A stretch of DNA of 64,000 nucleotides from Ekhidna sp. (GTDB lineage Bacteria; Bacteroidota; Bacteroidia; Cytophagales; Cyclobacteriaceae), in the NCBI GenBank assembly GCA_965267215.1, contig OZ253940.1, forward strand, positions 2,478,097 through 2,542,096, in the 5' to 3' direction. The translations under genes and the position numbers were made by a program. How positions within the stretch are numbered: position 1 is the first letter of the stretch; each line of letters begins with the position of its first letter. The notes beneath the pieces are model-generated. The model did not search any database. It was not told the origin of the DNA and saw nothing but the letters and a program-made list of their open reading frames with translations. Positions 46,116 to 57,087 of this stretch are shown here, piece by piece.

Positions 46116-47354
46116 TCATCTATAAAGCACTTGATAATTATTCACCGTCTTCTGCTCCATGATGACTGAACGGTTCCATGGGAGTTTGTTAAAAGAATCT
46201 GGTGTGTAATTTTTGATAGTAGCTAGATTCAATGGGCTATCAAAAGAAAGAATAAAATCACGGTTAAGAAGTTCTTTAATACGCTTTGACTTAAAGTCCT
46301 TGTTATCAATGCAAAAGGAAAAAGTAAGTGCCGAATTTTGCATCAAATTGATCTTGATGTTAAGCAAATCAAGCACGCTAAGTATCAGCCCAAGCTTTTT
46401 TTCATCCATGAAACTATGATCTTTCACCTGAGCGGTGACCAACAATTGGTTCCCTTTGAAAACAAAACAAGGGATTGTCTTAGTTGTATTCTCCCCGGAA
46501 ATAGTTGTTCCACCTGTTTTACGATCCACAAAAGATCTTACGATCAATGGAATACTTTTTTGAGCGATTGGCTTCAACGTTTTGGGGTGTATAACCTGAG
46601 CTCCATAGTAGGTCATCTCTGTAACCTCTCGATAGCTCAATTTCTCATATTGCTCCGTCCCATCAAGAATTCTCGGGTCTGCATTTAAAATACCCGGAAC
46701 ATCTTTCCAAACGGTCAACCCATCTGCATTGAGGCAATATGCCAATATCGCACCTGTGTAATCAGAACCTTCACGCCCTAAAGTGGTGGAGTTTCCTTCT
46801 ACATCACTACCAATAAATCCTTGGGTAACCGCTACTTTTTTATCAACTACAGGCTTGAGATCCCTAAGTATCTGCTTCTCAGTCACTACCCAGTCTACGT
46901 TTGCCTCTGTGAAATATTGATCCGTTCTTACCACTGATCTGGCATCAAACCACTCACTGTCAATTGATTGGCTTAGAAAGGCCTCTATTATTGATGTGGA
47001 CATTAGTTCTCCATGAGGTACGATTTTATCATAAGCCAACATTGGTTCACATTGACTCAAATGCTTTAGTTCTTCTTCTAATGATTTTTCGAAGACCAAA
47101 TATCTTTCTGGAAAATCACCTAAAAGTTCTTTTATGATCTCATGATGATACTTCTTTAATTCCTTCAAAGTCTCGCTATAGTCTTCTCCACCATGTGCCT
47201 GTTTGACAAGTTCCTCAAGTTTATTGGTGGTTTTACCCATAGCTGAAACCACAACCACGATTTCCTTCGTATCAAACGACGAAACTATCTCTCCTAAATT
47301 CCTTACTCCTGAGGCATCTTTGACAGAAGCACCTCCAAACTTGAAAATCTGCAT
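46116..47354 (-). CDS. lysC: Aspartate kinase
   Basis: FKFGGASVKDA, VSAMGKTTN, TLGREGSDYTG, WKDVPG, YYGAQVIHPKT. Confidence 0.94.
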   Translation of the reverse strand: MQIFKFGGASVKDASGVRNLGEIVSSFDTKEIVVVVSAMGKTTNKLEELVKQAHGGEDYSETLKELKKYHHEIIKELLGDFPERYLVFEKSLEEELKHLSQCEPMLAYDKIVPHGELMSTSIIEAFLSQSIDSEWFDARSVVRTDQYFTEANVDWVVTEKQILRDLKPVVDKKVAVTQGFIGSDVEGNSTTLGREGSDYTGAILAYCLNADGLTVWKDVPGILNADPRILDGTEQYEKLSYREVTEMTYYGAQVIHPKTLKPIAQKSIPLIVRSFVDRKTGGTTISGENTTKTIPCFVFKGNQLLVTAQVKDHSFMDEKKLGLILSVLDLLNIKINLMQNSALTFSFCIDNKDFKSKRIKELLNRDFILSFDSPLNLATIKNYTPDSFNKLPWNRSVIMEQKTVNNYQVLYR

Positions 47355-47434
47355 TTACGCAAACGTTATAAATAGTGAATGAATTAATTTTGTGTTTCGA
47401 AATTCAAAAAATAATTCTGAATTAACACTTCTTT

Positions 47435-48442
47435 ATGAACAAAAGTAAGCTTGGCCTACCGATAGGAACAACTCTGGATCGCTTTATTAAGCAAAAAGAA
47501 GATGAATTTTCTTCCGCAACGGGAGAATTATCTCAACTTCTGAGGGATATCGCCCTGGCTGGAAAAATCATAAACAAAGAGGTTAATAAATCAGGATTAC
47601 TTGACATCACTGGCGGTTTTGGTGAAAAAAATGTACAGGGGGAAGATCAGCAAAAACTTGATGTAGTTGCTGATATTCGCTTTACCAGAGCTTTGAAAAA
47701 TGGTGGGATGACCTGTGCAGTTGTTTCAGAGGAAGAACAGGAAATCATTCACTTAAATCCAAATTGCAGGTATGTAGTGGCAATAGATCCTTTGGATGGA
47801 AGCTCTAACATTGATGTGAATGTTTCAATAGGTACTATTTTTTCAATCTACAAAAGAATTTCGCCTGTAGGAGGACCTGTTCAGGAAGAAGATGTTCTTC
47901 AAAAAGGAACTGAGCAAGTGGCCGCAGGCTATATTTTGTACGGTTCATCCACTATGCTTGTATATACTACAGGAAGAGGCGTTCATGGGTTTACTCTTGA
48001 GCCTAGCCTTGGGGAATTTGTCCTTTCTCACAATTTGATGAAATGTCCGGAAGATGGAAAGATCTACTCTATCAATGAAGGTAACTATTACGCTTTTGAT
48101 GAATGGGTACGTGAATATGTTGAGGATTGTAAGAAAAAAGGAATGACTGCACGATACATTGGTTCCTTGGTGGCGGATTTCCATCGAAATATGATGAAGG
48201 GTGGGATCTATCTCTATCCTAATACGGATAAAGCACCCGATGGAAAATTAAGATTACTATATGAATGTAATGCACTTGCTTTCATCGCTGAGCAATCTGG
48301 TGGAGTGGCAACAAATGGTAAAGAGCGTATTTTAGATATTCAACCAACTGCTTTTCATCAGCGGTCACCTTTATATCTGGGATCGGCAAAAATGGTTGAA
48401 CATGCTATGTCGTTCATCACTGCCGATACATTCGCCGGGTAA
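47435..48442 (+). CDS. fbp: Fructose-1,6-bisphosphatase class I
   Basis: [43 protein letters not shown]; -7 box TAATTTTG at 47385-47392. Confidence 0.96.
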   Translation: MNKSKLGLPIGTTLDRFIKQKEDEFSSATGELSQLLRDIALAGKIINKEVNKSGLLDITGGFGEKNVQGEDQQKLDVVADIRFTRALKNGGMTCAVVSEEEQEIIHLNPNCRYVVAIDPLDGSSNIDVNVSIGTIFSIYKRISPVGGPVQEEDVLQKGTEQVAAGYILYGSSTMLVYTTGRGVHGFTLEPSLGEFVLSHNLMKCPEDGKIYSINEGNYYAFDEWVREYVEDCKKKGMTARYIGSLVADFHRNMMKGGIYLYPNTDKAPDGKLRLLYECNALAFIAEQSGGVATNGKERILDIQPTAFHQRSPLYLGSAKMVEHAMSFITADTFAG

Positions 48443-48734
48443 TAATTTTCTGCTTTTCACGCTCAATTACGGCTTCAGCAATATTTCGAGCAATTTGTCC
48501 TTGCTGCGAATTTTGCAGTAGTTCCTTTATTTTATCTTCAGGAATATCAATTCGATACAGCGCATTTAGCAACGTATTCAGGTTATGATCTATCAGGTAA
48601 TTGATCCGTTGAGTAAGGTATTCAAGCAACCGATCAAAGTCACTTTCTCCATTTTTAAATTCAAATTGATCCTCTAATCCTAAATCCTTTCGAATAAGCT
48701 GATAACTCTCTTTAACTAGTGTAATTTCATCCAT
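48417..48734 (-). CDS. Conserved hypothetical helical protein
   Basis: ATG 48734 preferred; [12 protein letters not shown]...[12 protein letters not shown] pattern. Confidence 0.65.
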   Translation of the reverse strand: MDEITLVKESYQLIRKDLGLEDQFEFKNGESDFDRLLEYLTQRINYLIDHNLNTLLNALYRIDIPEDKIKELLQNSQQGQIARNIAEAVIEREKQKIITRRMYRQ

Positions 48735-48797
48735 ATAAAAGTTGAAGATTGCTTGCAATAATGCATCTTTTCTAGGTCTTCCAAAAAAAGCACTAAG

Positions 48798-49271
48798 ATG
48801 AAAAAACTATTGATAATTGCGCTGACCATTTTCTCTATCCAAACGATTGCTCAAGAGAATGAGAAGAAAGAAATCATGTTCGTAATCAATAATGTATTTG
48901 AAGCCATGCGTAAAAGCGACAGTTTATTACTTAAGTCCTCTTTCGTGGAAAGTCCCAACACTTTCACCGCTTTCATCAATCAGGAAGGTAAATCACAGCT
49001 AGTGATGGGTGATTTTCAACGCTTCATCAAGGCTATTGGTCAACCAAAGGAACAAGTTTGGAACGAACCCATATGGAATGAAAAGGTAGAAGTTGATGGA
49101 AACCTGGCTTCTGTTTGGGTTGATTATGCTTTCTATGTAGATGATCAATTCTCTCATTGTGGGGTTGATGCTTTTCACTTAATAAAACGAGAAGATGGAT
49201 GGAAAATCTTTCATCTAGTAGATACCAGAAGAAAAACCAACTGTGAAATCCCTGATAACATCAAGCCTTAG
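48798..49271 (+). CDS. Secreted NTF2/SnoaL-like protein
   Basis: Signal peptide; LASVWVDYAFY..FSHCGVDAFHL..WKIFHLVDTRR. Confidence 0.85.
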   Translation: MKKLLIIALTIFSIQTIAQENEKKEIMFVINNVFEAMRKSDSLLLKSSFVESPNTFTAFINQEGKSQLVMGDFQRFIKAIGQPKEQVWNEPIWNEKVEVDGNLASVWVDYAFYVDDQFSHCGVDAFHLIKREDGWKIFHLVDTRRKTNCEIPDNIKP

Positions 49272-50326
49272 AGCTCGCTGGCTAATTGAAAATAAAGAAC
49301 ACTTAAGTAAAAGACATCTTCCCATACTCCTGAGGTATTGGATGCAACGAAAGTAACTGCGTTTATATCTGGTAATAACATGAATTGAACTGAGGCTCCT
49401 GTCTGAGTACCGCTGTGTCCCATCACATTACCGTATTTGGGGTTTTCACCATAGAGGTATAGACCTAGCCCATACGGATTTCCATTTTTCTTCAGTCCTG
49501 AATCAGTAATCATAGACTGAAAAGATGATTTTGAAATCAATTTTTTATTCATCAAGGCATTACCAAAAAGCAAGACATCCTCCACGGTAGAATAAAGACC
49601 TCCCCCAGGAATACGGTCACTAAGATTTGTTCGCTCCATTTTTTTCACTTTCCCTTTTGAGTTTCGATGATATACTCCACTTTGAAAACCTAATTCATCT
49701 TCCACTCTTTCCACACCAGTATTATTCATTCCTGAAGGAAGAAATACATTGACCCGCAAATAGTCTTCATATCCCATCCCTGATACATTTTCAATAATCA
49801 TCCCAAGCAAGATATAGCCATATGTAGTATATTGAAAGGAGCTTCCTGGCTTCAGCTCTAGTGGATCATTTTTAAAAATGGAAAAAGCGTCAGGAAGTGT
49901 AGAATACTCTTTTTTGTTTTCCCTTTCCTTTGAGGACTTGTATGCTCTGATTCCTGAAGAGTGATTGAGCAACTGTCGAACAGTGACTTCTGATAAGTGA
50001 GCTGGTATATTATTTACATATTCTGCAGTTCTATCATCTAGTTGTATTTTTTTATTCTCGACTAATTGCATGATAGCTACTGCCGTAAACACTTTAGTAA
50101 CTGATGCAATACGTACACGAGTATCCGTACTCATCGACTCATTCTTCTCCAAATCAGAATAGCCGGATGAAATCACCAGTTGCTTCTTTCCTTTACAAAA
50201 ACCAGCCACCATTCCAACGGACTTACTTTTCTTTAAGTAGGCCTCCAATAAAGAATCAGGCCTTGAGTTTTGGCCGAAAACGAAGTTCACGATTACTAAT
50301 ACAGTGAAGAATAGAGTTTTTCTCAT
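49268..50326 (-). CDS. Serine hydrolase, beta-lactamase family, intact active site
   Basis: RIASVTK (SxxK), FQYTTYGY, GHSG; ATG 50326 gives a signal peptide. Confidence 0.9.
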   Translation of the reverse strand: MRKTLFFTVLVIVNFVFGQNSRPDSLLEAYLKKSKSVGMVAGFCKGKKQLVISSGYSDLEKNESMSTDTRVRIASVTKVFTAVAIMQLVENKKIQLDDRTAEYVNNIPAHLSEVTVRQLLNHSSGIRAYKSSKERENKKEYSTLPDAFSIFKNDPLELKPGSSFQYTTYGYILLGMIIENVSGMGYEDYLRVNVFLPSGMNNTGVERVEDELGFQSGVYHRNSKGKVKKMERTNLSDRIPGGGLYSTVEDVLLFGNALMNKKLISKSSFQSMITDSGLKKNGNPYGLGLYLYGENPKYGNVMGHSGTQTGASVQFMLLPDINAVTFVASNTSGVWEDVFYLSVLYFQLASEL

Positions 50327-50385
50327 GATTGAAAGTAGTTTCACGAATAAACGAAATAGAATTTCCAAATACGATATAATGAGCC

Positions 50386-50419
50386 ATTAGGGATGAAAGC
50401 AATGATTTTAGTGGTGAAA
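50386..50419 (-). promoter_or_regulatory. Tandem direct repeat with 21-bp period, candidate LytTR site
   Basis: Minus strand TTTCACCACTAAA (50407-50419) and TTTCATCCCTAAT (50386-50398). Confidence 0.6.
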
Positions 50420-50421
50420 AA

Positions 50422-51162
50422 TCACCCTGGGATGTTCTTGTGATACTGTTTGGTAACCGGGACAATAATTCCCGCCAGCACAATTGCATCCCTATTTTTC
50501 CATTCCACAAAGTGACTAGGGTTAATCAAGTGAGATCTATGAACCCTTTTTAGAAATGAAAAATCAGACTCCACCTTTTTTAAAGTTGTTCGAAGTAGTT
50601 TTTTGTGGATTTTACCATTCTCCAAAAATGATACTTCAACATAGTTATCAGAGCTACTGATACATACCAATTCACCAACCTGCAATCTCAGTACATCACG
50701 TTTATTCTCTCCTTTTAAAATGACTAATTCATCCTTATTAGAATTTGAAGCAAGTTTTCTGAGAAAAAATAGTACCGGAGTGATGATGATCAAAATAGGA
50801 ATATACTGCTCTAAAAAGAAATTTAGTTCGGAATAATCTCCATTCACAATGTCTGATTTGTAATACAAAACAGTTGGTGGGAAAACCAAAATATAAAGTA
50901 GCGTATACGATCCAAATTCATTACTTACAGACCAGTTTTGAAACTTCAAGAAAAACAGGCTTTCTATTATGGAAACGATTGCATAGCAGACAAAAAGGAT
51001 AAGTCCGTAAACAATCATTATTTCCATACGGATACTAAAAGAGAGGTCAGATGCATCAAAAGGAGCAATAAAAACAAGAAACGCTACCAGCCAAAGACTT
51101 GTAATTGCTCCTACACGGAGTTTCCTTTTGAAAGAATGGATGTATGGCATACGAAATGCCAA
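50422..51162 (-). CDS. One-component membrane LytTR regulator (TM helices plus LytTR DNA-binding domain)
   Basis: Four TM segments; ISSSDNYV, LLRTTLKKVE, RVHRSHLINP. Confidence 0.88.
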   Translation of the reverse strand: MAFRMPYIHSFKRKLRVGAITSLWLVAFLVFIAPFDASDLSFSIRMEIMIVYGLILFVCYAIVSIIESLFFLKFQNWSVSNEFGSYTLLYILVFPPTVLYYKSDIVNGDYSELNFFLEQYIPILIIITPVLFFLRKLASNSNKDELVILKGENKRDVLRLQVGELVCISSSDNYVEVSFLENGKIHKKLLRTTLKKVESDFSFLKRVHRSHLINPSHFVEWKNRDAIVLAGIIVPVTKQYHKNIPG

Positions 51163-51174
51163 TTTAATAATGAT

Positions 51175-51627
51175 CTAGGATTGGGTCTTATCCGGTATCC
51201 ACTGAAAATCCTCAGACATCACCGCATTCAACAATAAATCACTGAGCTCTTTTGGTGGTACAGCGGTCTTTCTTTTTGCAAGATCAAGCCAGGCTCCATC
51301 CACATCAATTTTTGCTGAAAGACTGCCATCATGTGTGTAGATATTATGTCTGAAAGACCACTTCGAACCATCTTTTCGAAGCTTGGAAATAGTGAATCCC
51401 ACTTCAAACTCTTCATTCATACGAATCTCCTTGAAGAACCTTGTATCCTCTCTGAACAGGATAGGTCCCACTCCCATCTGAATCAACTTATGAAAAGGCA
51501 TAGAAATGTCTTCGAAATACATCAGACGGGCTTGAGCACAGTAATCATTATAGGCAGTATGCCTCATATGACCATTCGGGTCCAGATCTGCCCACCTTAC
51601 CCTGAATTTATATTTTACCTCACTCAT
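51175..51627 (-). CDS. Acyl-CoA thioesterase (4HBT/hotdog fold)
   Basis: VRWADLDPNGHMRHTAY motif. Confidence 0.88.
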   Translation of the reverse strand: MSEVKYKFRVRWADLDPNGHMRHTAYNDYCAQARLMYFEDISMPFHKLIQMGVGPILFREDTRFFKEIRMNEEFEVGFTISKLRKDGSKWSFRHNIYTHDGSLSAKIDVDGAWLDLAKRKTAVPPKELSDLLLNAVMSEDFQWIPDKTQS

Positions 51628-52087
51628 CAGTCTTCTCCTCTTTCTTTTTAGGTGTGGATTTCTTTTTTGTTTCTTTTTTTTCCTCTTTCTTCTCTTCTAA
51701 TACCTCAGGAGCCTGATTGACAATCTGATCATACCAGCTTACCACCTTTTTAATGTCAGATACATATACTCGGGCCTCATCGTAATCTGGTAACACGAAC
51801 TTTAAAAATGACTTTAATTCTTCCGGACTGCTGTTTTTATCCAAATCTGTATCTCCATCAAATTCTTTATGGATCTTTTTCATTACACCCTCTAACGGCA
51901 CAGCACCTTCAGCATCTGTTGTATAGATAGAAATCTCGGAGAGAATGCTCACTTTATTGTGCATGGTAGCTACCATTTTCTTTTTATGCTCGTCCATGCT
52001 TTCAAGAATTACACCTGTTCTCGTAGGTTGAATAATTTTGAAAAGTGTCCCTTTTCCAGAGACTGCTGCGATATCACTAAAATCCAT
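51620..52087 (-). CDS. DUF5606-family protein
   Basis: IAAVSGKGTLFK, LSEISIYT, PDYDEARVYVSDIKKVVSWY. Confidence 0.8.
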   Translation of the reverse strand: MDFSDIAAVSGKGTLFKIIQPTRTGVILESMDEHKKKMVATMHNKVSILSEISIYTTDAEGAVPLEGVMKKIHKEFDGDTDLDKNSSPEELKSFLKFVLPDYDEARVYVSDIKKVVSWYDQIVNQAPEVLEEKKEEKKETKKKSTPKKKEEKTDE

Positions 52088-52119
52088 AAATTAATTTTTG
52101 AAGTGGCAAAAATATCCTA

Positions 52120-52719
52120 TCAGACAATCTCTGCATTAATTCGTCGAATAAAATCTAGAATTTCTTCTCCCCCTACCCGATCTACAGACGATGTTGTGAA
52201 AGTAGGAGGTAATTCCTCCCAGGTTCTTTTCATCTCCTTTTTGTATGAAGCTACTTGGGATTGAATCTGATTCTTGCCTAGCTTATCCGCCTTAGTGAAT
52301 ACAATGGAAAAAGGTATTCCATTCTCCCCTAACCATTGCATAAACTCAAGGTCTATTACCTGGGGTTCATGCCTAGTATCCACTAAAACAAAGACACACG
52401 CCAGGCTTAATCTTTCTTCCAGGTAAGTATTGATCATCTTTTTCCATGCAGCCTTATTTGTTTTGCTTGTTTGAGCCCAGCCATACCCGGGTAAATCCAC
52501 TAAATACCAGTTTTCATTAATCAGAAAATGGTTGATCAGTTGTGTTTTTCCAGGAGTTGATGAGGTTTTGGCCAGCTTCTTCCTGTTCGTCAAGTGGTTG
52601 ATAAGGCTAGACTTTCCCACATTAGATCTTCCAATAAACGCATACTCAGGAAGCTTCGGATCCGGACATTCCTTAATTGAAGGACTACTTTTTACAAATT
52701 CTGCTGATTTTATCTGCAT
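52120..52719 (-). CDS. yihA: Ribosome biogenesis GTP-binding protein YihA/YsxC
   Basis: [36 protein letters not shown]. Confidence 0.96.
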   Translation of the reverse strand: MQIKSAEFVKSSPSIKECPDPKLPEYAFIGRSNVGKSSLINHLTNRKKLAKTSSTPGKTQLINHFLINENWYLVDLPGYGWAQTSKTNKAAWKKMINTYLEERLSLACVFVLVDTRHEPQVIDLEFMQWLGENGIPFSIVFTKADKLGKNQIQSQVASYKKEMKRTWEELPPTFTTSSVDRVGGEEILDFIRRINAEIV

Positions 52720-52781
52720 ATAGAAGAAACTGCTAACATTTAGACCTTACAAGGGTTTAATCCACTAATATTGCGGCAATT

Positions 52782-53504
52782 ATGACGGTAGTACCTCACA
52801 AAGATAACTCGGATACGAAGAAGAAGCAGGTAGCTGAAATGTTTGATAGCATCTCCGGCAAATATGACTTCCTGAATCACTTCTTGAGTCTGGGTATAGA
52901 TATCCGATGGAGGAAGAAAGCAGTGAAGATGCTAAAAGACCTTCGACCAAAACAGATACTTGACATTGCGACAGGAACCGGGGATTTTGCAATTGAAGCT
53001 CTCAAACTCAATCCAGATAAAATTATTGGAGTGGATATCTCTGAGGGTATGCTCAACGTAGGACGCAAAAAAATGAAGAAAAAAGGATATGCGGATATCA
53101 TAGATATGCAGTCAGGAGATTCAGAAAACCTTCATTTTGAAGATAATAAGTTCGATGCGGTGATCGTTGCATTCGGTGTTAGGAACTTTGAAAACCTGGA
53201 AAAAGGATTGAGTGAAATGAATCGGGTTTTAAGACCTGGAGGACGTGCAGTAATTCTGGAGTTTTCAAAACCTACAGTATTTCCGTTCAAACAATTATAT
53301 AATTTTTATTTTCGTTGGATATTACCGAAGATTGGAAAGGTGGTATCCAAAGACAATGCTGCCTACACCTACCTACCAGAGTCTGTGAATGAGTTTCCAT
53401 ACGGCAATGAATTTTTAAGTATTCTGGAGAAAACGGGCTATAAAAACACTAAATGCAGACCATTAACCTTAGGCATCAGTTCAATATACGTTGGAGAAAA
53501 GTAA
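52782..53504 (+). CDS. menG: Demethylmenaquinone methyltransferase (UbiE/MenG)
   Basis: YDFLNHFLSLGID..WR, LDIATGTGD, AFGVRNF, YTYLPESV. Confidence 0.95.
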   Translation: MTVVPHKDNSDTKKKQVAEMFDSISGKYDFLNHFLSLGIDIRWRKKAVKMLKDLRPKQILDIATGTGDFAIEALKLNPDKIIGVDISEGMLNVGRKKMKKKGYADIIDMQSGDSENLHFEDNKFDAVIVAFGVRNFENLEKGLSEMNRVLRPGGRAVILEFSKPTVFPFKQLYNFYFRWILPKIGKVVSKDNAAYTYLPESVNEFPYGNEFLSILEKTGYKNTKCRPLTLGISSIYVGEK

Positions 53505-54289
53505 TTCTCTCGCTCTTGCTATGCGTGGCAGTAGGTCATGCAGCATTATCCCAGAATAACCCTAAGGACAATCTCATCAATTATGAAGATCAATGGATTC
53601 ACTATGGTTTTCTAATTGGTGTTCATTCTTCCAAATATGTAATTAAGCATTCTGAATTTTTCACCTCACCAGCAATGGATACAGTACATTCCATTGTACC
53701 CGGGAATTTAGGTGGTTTTAAGTTGGGTTTTGTGATTAACATGAAAATCAGCAATTATGTGGATTTTAGAATGCTTCCTACAGTCGCATTCTACGAAAAT
53801 GACCTTACCTATCGATTCACTAATGGAGTTAGTCAACGGGAATTAAAAGATGCTACGATGGTCGAATTACCTCTTCTATTAAAATATAAGTCAGCAAGGC
53901 GTGGAAACATCGCAATGTACACGGTCGCTGGCGTTAATCCATCATTTGAGGCCGCAGGTAAAGGTGATGAAGAAGATATTGGCCAGAAGTTAGAACTGAG
54001 AAATTGGAATGTGGCAATAGATGTAGGTGTTGGCCTAGATATGTATTTTGCCTTCTTCAAATTCTCCCCTGAAATCAGATATTCTTACGGCTTAAGAAAT
54101 ATGTTACCGGGTGATAGAAACGATTTTAGTGTAGGACTTGATAAACTAACCACACAAAACCTCGGAATCTTTATGACTTTTGAGGGAGGACCTAGCAACA
54201 AGCGAAAATTAGGAAAAAAGACGAAAGGTGCCGGCAAGATTCAATCAAGACAAAAGAAACGATTGAATAAGAGTAAAGGAAAAGGCTAA
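53453..54289 (+). CDS. porT: Type IX secretion/gliding outer-membrane protein PorT/SprT family
   Basis: WIHYGFLIG, FRMLPTVAF, VELPLLLKYKS, FKFSPEIRYSYGL. Confidence 0.82.
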   Translation: MQTINLRHQFNIRWRKVILSLLLCVAVGHAALSQNNPKDNLINYEDQWIHYGFLIGVHSSKYVIKHSEFFTSPAMDTVHSIVPGNLGGFKLGFVINMKISNYVDFRMLPTVAFYENDLTYRFTNGVSQRELKDATMVELPLLLKYKSARRGNIAMYTVAGVNPSFEAAGKGDEEDIGQKLELRNWNVAIDVGVGLDMYFAFFKFSPEIRYSYGLRNMLPGDRNDFSVGLDKLTTQNLGIFMTFEGGPSNKRKLGKKTKGAGKIQSRQKKRLNKSKGKG

Positions 54290-54290
54290 C

Positions 54291-55043
54291 ATGAACCAAC
54301 CTATTGCATTTATCACGGGGGCAACAAGTGGCATTGGTGAAGCAACCGCCAGATTGCTCTCAGAAAAGTATCGATTAATCATCTGCGGTCGTAGAATCGA
54401 ACGCCTGGAGAAACTTAAGAAAGAATTAAAAGGAGATACTCAAATACTTTCTTTTGACCTACGTGACAAAGAAGCAGTGAACAAGGCTATCGAATCCCTT
54501 CCTACTGATTGGAACGAAATTGATGTTTTAATTAATAATGCGGGAAACGCACATGGATTAGATCTTATCCATGAAGGAAACACAGAGGATTGGGATGCTA
54601 TGATGGACATCAATGTTAAAGGACTACTGTATGTCAGTAAAGCCATCATTCCAGGAATGGTGGAAAGAAAAAAAGGTCACATTGTAAACATTAGCTCGAT
54701 AGCCGGACTGGAAGTTTATCCCAAAGGAAATGTGTACTGTGCGTCCAAACATGCAGTTGACGCGTTAACAAAAGGTATGCGCATGGATTTAAATGGTACA
54801 GGAATTCGGGTAACCTCTATTGATCCTGGATTGGTTGAGACAGAATTTAGTGAAGTAAGATTTAAAGGTGACTCGGAACGAGCTGAACAAGTATATCAGA
54901 AATATACTCCACTAACAGCCATAGATGTGGCTGAAACCATTGAGTTTGCCATTAGCCGGCCTACTCATGTTATGATAGGTGACATCCTTATTCTTCCAAC
55001 AGATCAGGCCAGCAGCACAATTGTGAATAAAAAAAACGAATAG
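54291..55043 (+). CDS. YdfG-like NADP-dependent SDR
   Basis: TGATSGIG, NNAGNAHG, YCASK, PGLVETEFSEVRFKGD. Confidence 0.9.
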   Translation: MNQPIAFITGATSGIGEATARLLSEKYRLIICGRRIERLEKLKKELKGDTQILSFDLRDKEAVNKAIESLPTDWNEIDVLINNAGNAHGLDLIHEGNTEDWDAMMDINVKGLLYVSKAIIPGMVERKKGHIVNISSIAGLEVYPKGNVYCASKHAVDALTKGMRMDLNGTGIRVTSIDPGLVETEFSEVRFKGDSERAEQVYQKYTPLTAIDVAETIEFAISRPTHVMIGDILILPTDQASSTIVNKKNE

Positions 55044-55081
55044 TCTTTTCGAAAGATTTCTGATAAATACATATTTGCCGC

Positions 55082-56428
55082 ATGCAACATATCCTGATCA
55101 TAGGCGCAGGCAGATCATCCACCTCACTTATCAAATATCTGCTTGAACATGCTTCCGGTGAAGACTGGAATATTACCATAGCTGAAAAAGATACTGCATT
55201 AGCAGAATCAAAAATTAATGGTAATGACCGAGCCAAGATAGTTCCTTTTGATGTGTTTGATGCAGAGTTACTGAACAGACTTGTTACTGAGCATGACGTG
55301 ATCATTTCCATGTTGCCTGCTTCCCTTCACATACATGTCGCCAGAAAATGTGCAGAGCTCAAGAAGTACTTTCTAACCGCTTCCTATCTCAAAGAAGATA
55401 TCAAAGCATTGCATGGTCAGTTTAAAAATGCAGGTAAACTAGCTATTATGGAAATGGGGCTTGACCCGGGGATTGATCATATGTCAGCTATGAAAGTACT
55501 GGATGAATTGAAATCTAATGGTTATGAGCTGACTGGCTTTGAAACGTTTACCGGAGGCTTGATAGCCGAAGAATCAGTTGGGGATAACCCATGGAAATAT
55601 AAATTCACCTGGAACCCAAGAAATGTGGTTTTAGCAGGTCAGGGCACATGTAAATTTATTCAGGAAGGACGCTACAAATACATTCCCTATCAAAAGCTAT
55701 TCAGACGAACGGAGGCCATTTACATTCCGGACTATGGCTATTTTGAGGGATATGCAAACAGGGATTCTTTGACCTATTTGGATGTATATAATCTTAGGGG
55801 GATAAAAACACTATATCGAGGAACCTTAAGGAGACCTGGATATTGTGCTGCTTGGGATGTTTTTGTGCAACTCGGCGCAACAGACGACTCCTATGAAATG
55901 GAGGGTGTTTCAGAAATGACACACAGGCAATTTACCAACTCCTTTCTTTCATATAATCCCAATGATTCAGTTGAATTAAAACTAGCTCATTATCTGAATC
56001 TGGATCTTGATAATGGCATCATGTTTAAGCTGAAATGGTTAGGAATGTTTGATGACGAGCTAGTCGGCTTGAAACAAGGAACTCCCGCTCAAATCCTGGA
56101 ACATATCCTTAAAAAGAAATGGACACTAGAGGAAGATGATAAAGACATGATTGTTATGTGGCATAAATTCAACTTCCTAGCAGACGGTGAGCCACGTCAA
56201 ATTGAATCCAGCATGGTAGCTTTGGGAGATGATGATGTGAATACAGCTATGTCTAAAACCGTTGGATTGCCGCTAGCCATCGCTGCTAAACTCATTTTAA
56301 AAAAGAAAATTCAATTGAGTGGAGTACACGTTCCTATAAAAAAGGAGATTTACGACCCAGTACTCGGTGAGTTAACTAATACCGGCCTGAAATTCATTGA
56401 ACGAGAAGTAGAACCGACTTTTTATTGA
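55082..56428 (+). CDS. Saccharopine dehydrogenase family protein
   Basis: GAGRSS, EMGLDPGIDHMSAM, NPWKYKFTWNPRNVV, RGTLRRPG, TAMSKTVGLP. Confidence 0.9.
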   Translation: MQHILIIGAGRSSTSLIKYLLEHASGEDWNITIAEKDTALAESKINGNDRAKIVPFDVFDAELLNRLVTEHDVIISMLPASLHIHVARKCAELKKYFLTASYLKEDIKALHGQFKNAGKLAIMEMGLDPGIDHMSAMKVLDELKSNGYELTGFETFTGGLIAEESVGDNPWKYKFTWNPRNVVLAGQGTCKFIQEGRYKYIPYQKLFRRTEAIYIPDYGYFEGYANRDSLTYLDVYNLRGIKTLYRGTLRRPGYCAAWDVFVQLGATDDSYEMEGVSEMTHRQFTNSFLSYNPNDSVELKLAHYLNLDLDNGIMFKLKWLGMFDDELVGLKQGTPAQILEHILKKKWTLEEDDKDMIVMWHKFNFLADGEPRQIESSMVALGDDDVNTAMSKTVGLPLAIAAKLILKKKIQLSGVHVPIKKEIYDPVLGELTNTGLKFIEREVEPTFY

Positions 56429-57051
56429 ATAACGTGAGCTTTTATAACCGAATCAATCTCTACCATTACCACATCAATTTCAGAAATATCGTTTTCGAGG
56501 TGATCTTGAATGATTCTTTGTAAATGACCTGCAATTCGGATTTCATCTTCTTTTTGTTTCCCTCTTGCAAATCTGATTGAATTTTGAAGATGATCCATGG
56601 CGTGATTGATTGTAACCTTGGCTTCTTCCATTTTACCTTCTTTGATGAATTGCTCTGAAACTCTTAAGGAAGCAAATGCAAGTGAATTCATAGCATCTGC
56701 GAAAGCTTCATACATCAGGTCTTCGTTGATATCCTCGGCCTTAATATGGTCCTCCACAACTTCTAAATCACGAATAGCAATCTCGATAGCGCCTGTACTC
56801 ACACTATCACCATCTTTTTCTAAAAGTTTCATTGTCTTGATGGCATCTTCAAGGAAATCGATTGCCTTTGAAGACTTATTATCCTGAAAGTTTCGATCAG
56901 CAGTACTCATGAACAAATCAGGCTCGACTGCTAAATCACTCAATTGAGGATTTTCCAATTTTTGATCACGCTGAATCTTAAAATAGAGTATAATAGATCC
57001 AAGTACGACTACACAGAATAAGAAATAATAGATTCCTTTGTTATTATTCAT
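56422..57051 (-). CDS. Hypothetical membrane-anchored helical-repeat protein
   Basis: N-terminal TM helix; two similar helical units (KAIDFLEDAI / EAKVTINHAM). Confidence 0.6.
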   Translation of the reverse strand: MNNNKGIYYFLFCVVVLGSIILYFKIQRDQKLENPQLSDLAVEPDLFMSTADRNFQDNKSSKAIDFLEDAIKTMKLLEKDGDSVSTGAIEIAIRDLEVVEDHIKAEDINEDLMYEAFADAMNSLAFASLRVSEQFIKEGKMEEAKVTINHAMDHLQNSIRFARGKQKEDEIRIAGHLQRIIQDHLENDISEIDVVMVEIDSVIKAHVIQ

Positions 57052-57087
57052 AGAGAGAAGGTTGAAATGCTATACTAAATTAGTTGA

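Noticed and set aside
53453-53504. 52-bp overlap of menG and porT
   Set aside because: The adjacency is familiar in Bacteroidota, and the exact porT start is uncertain.
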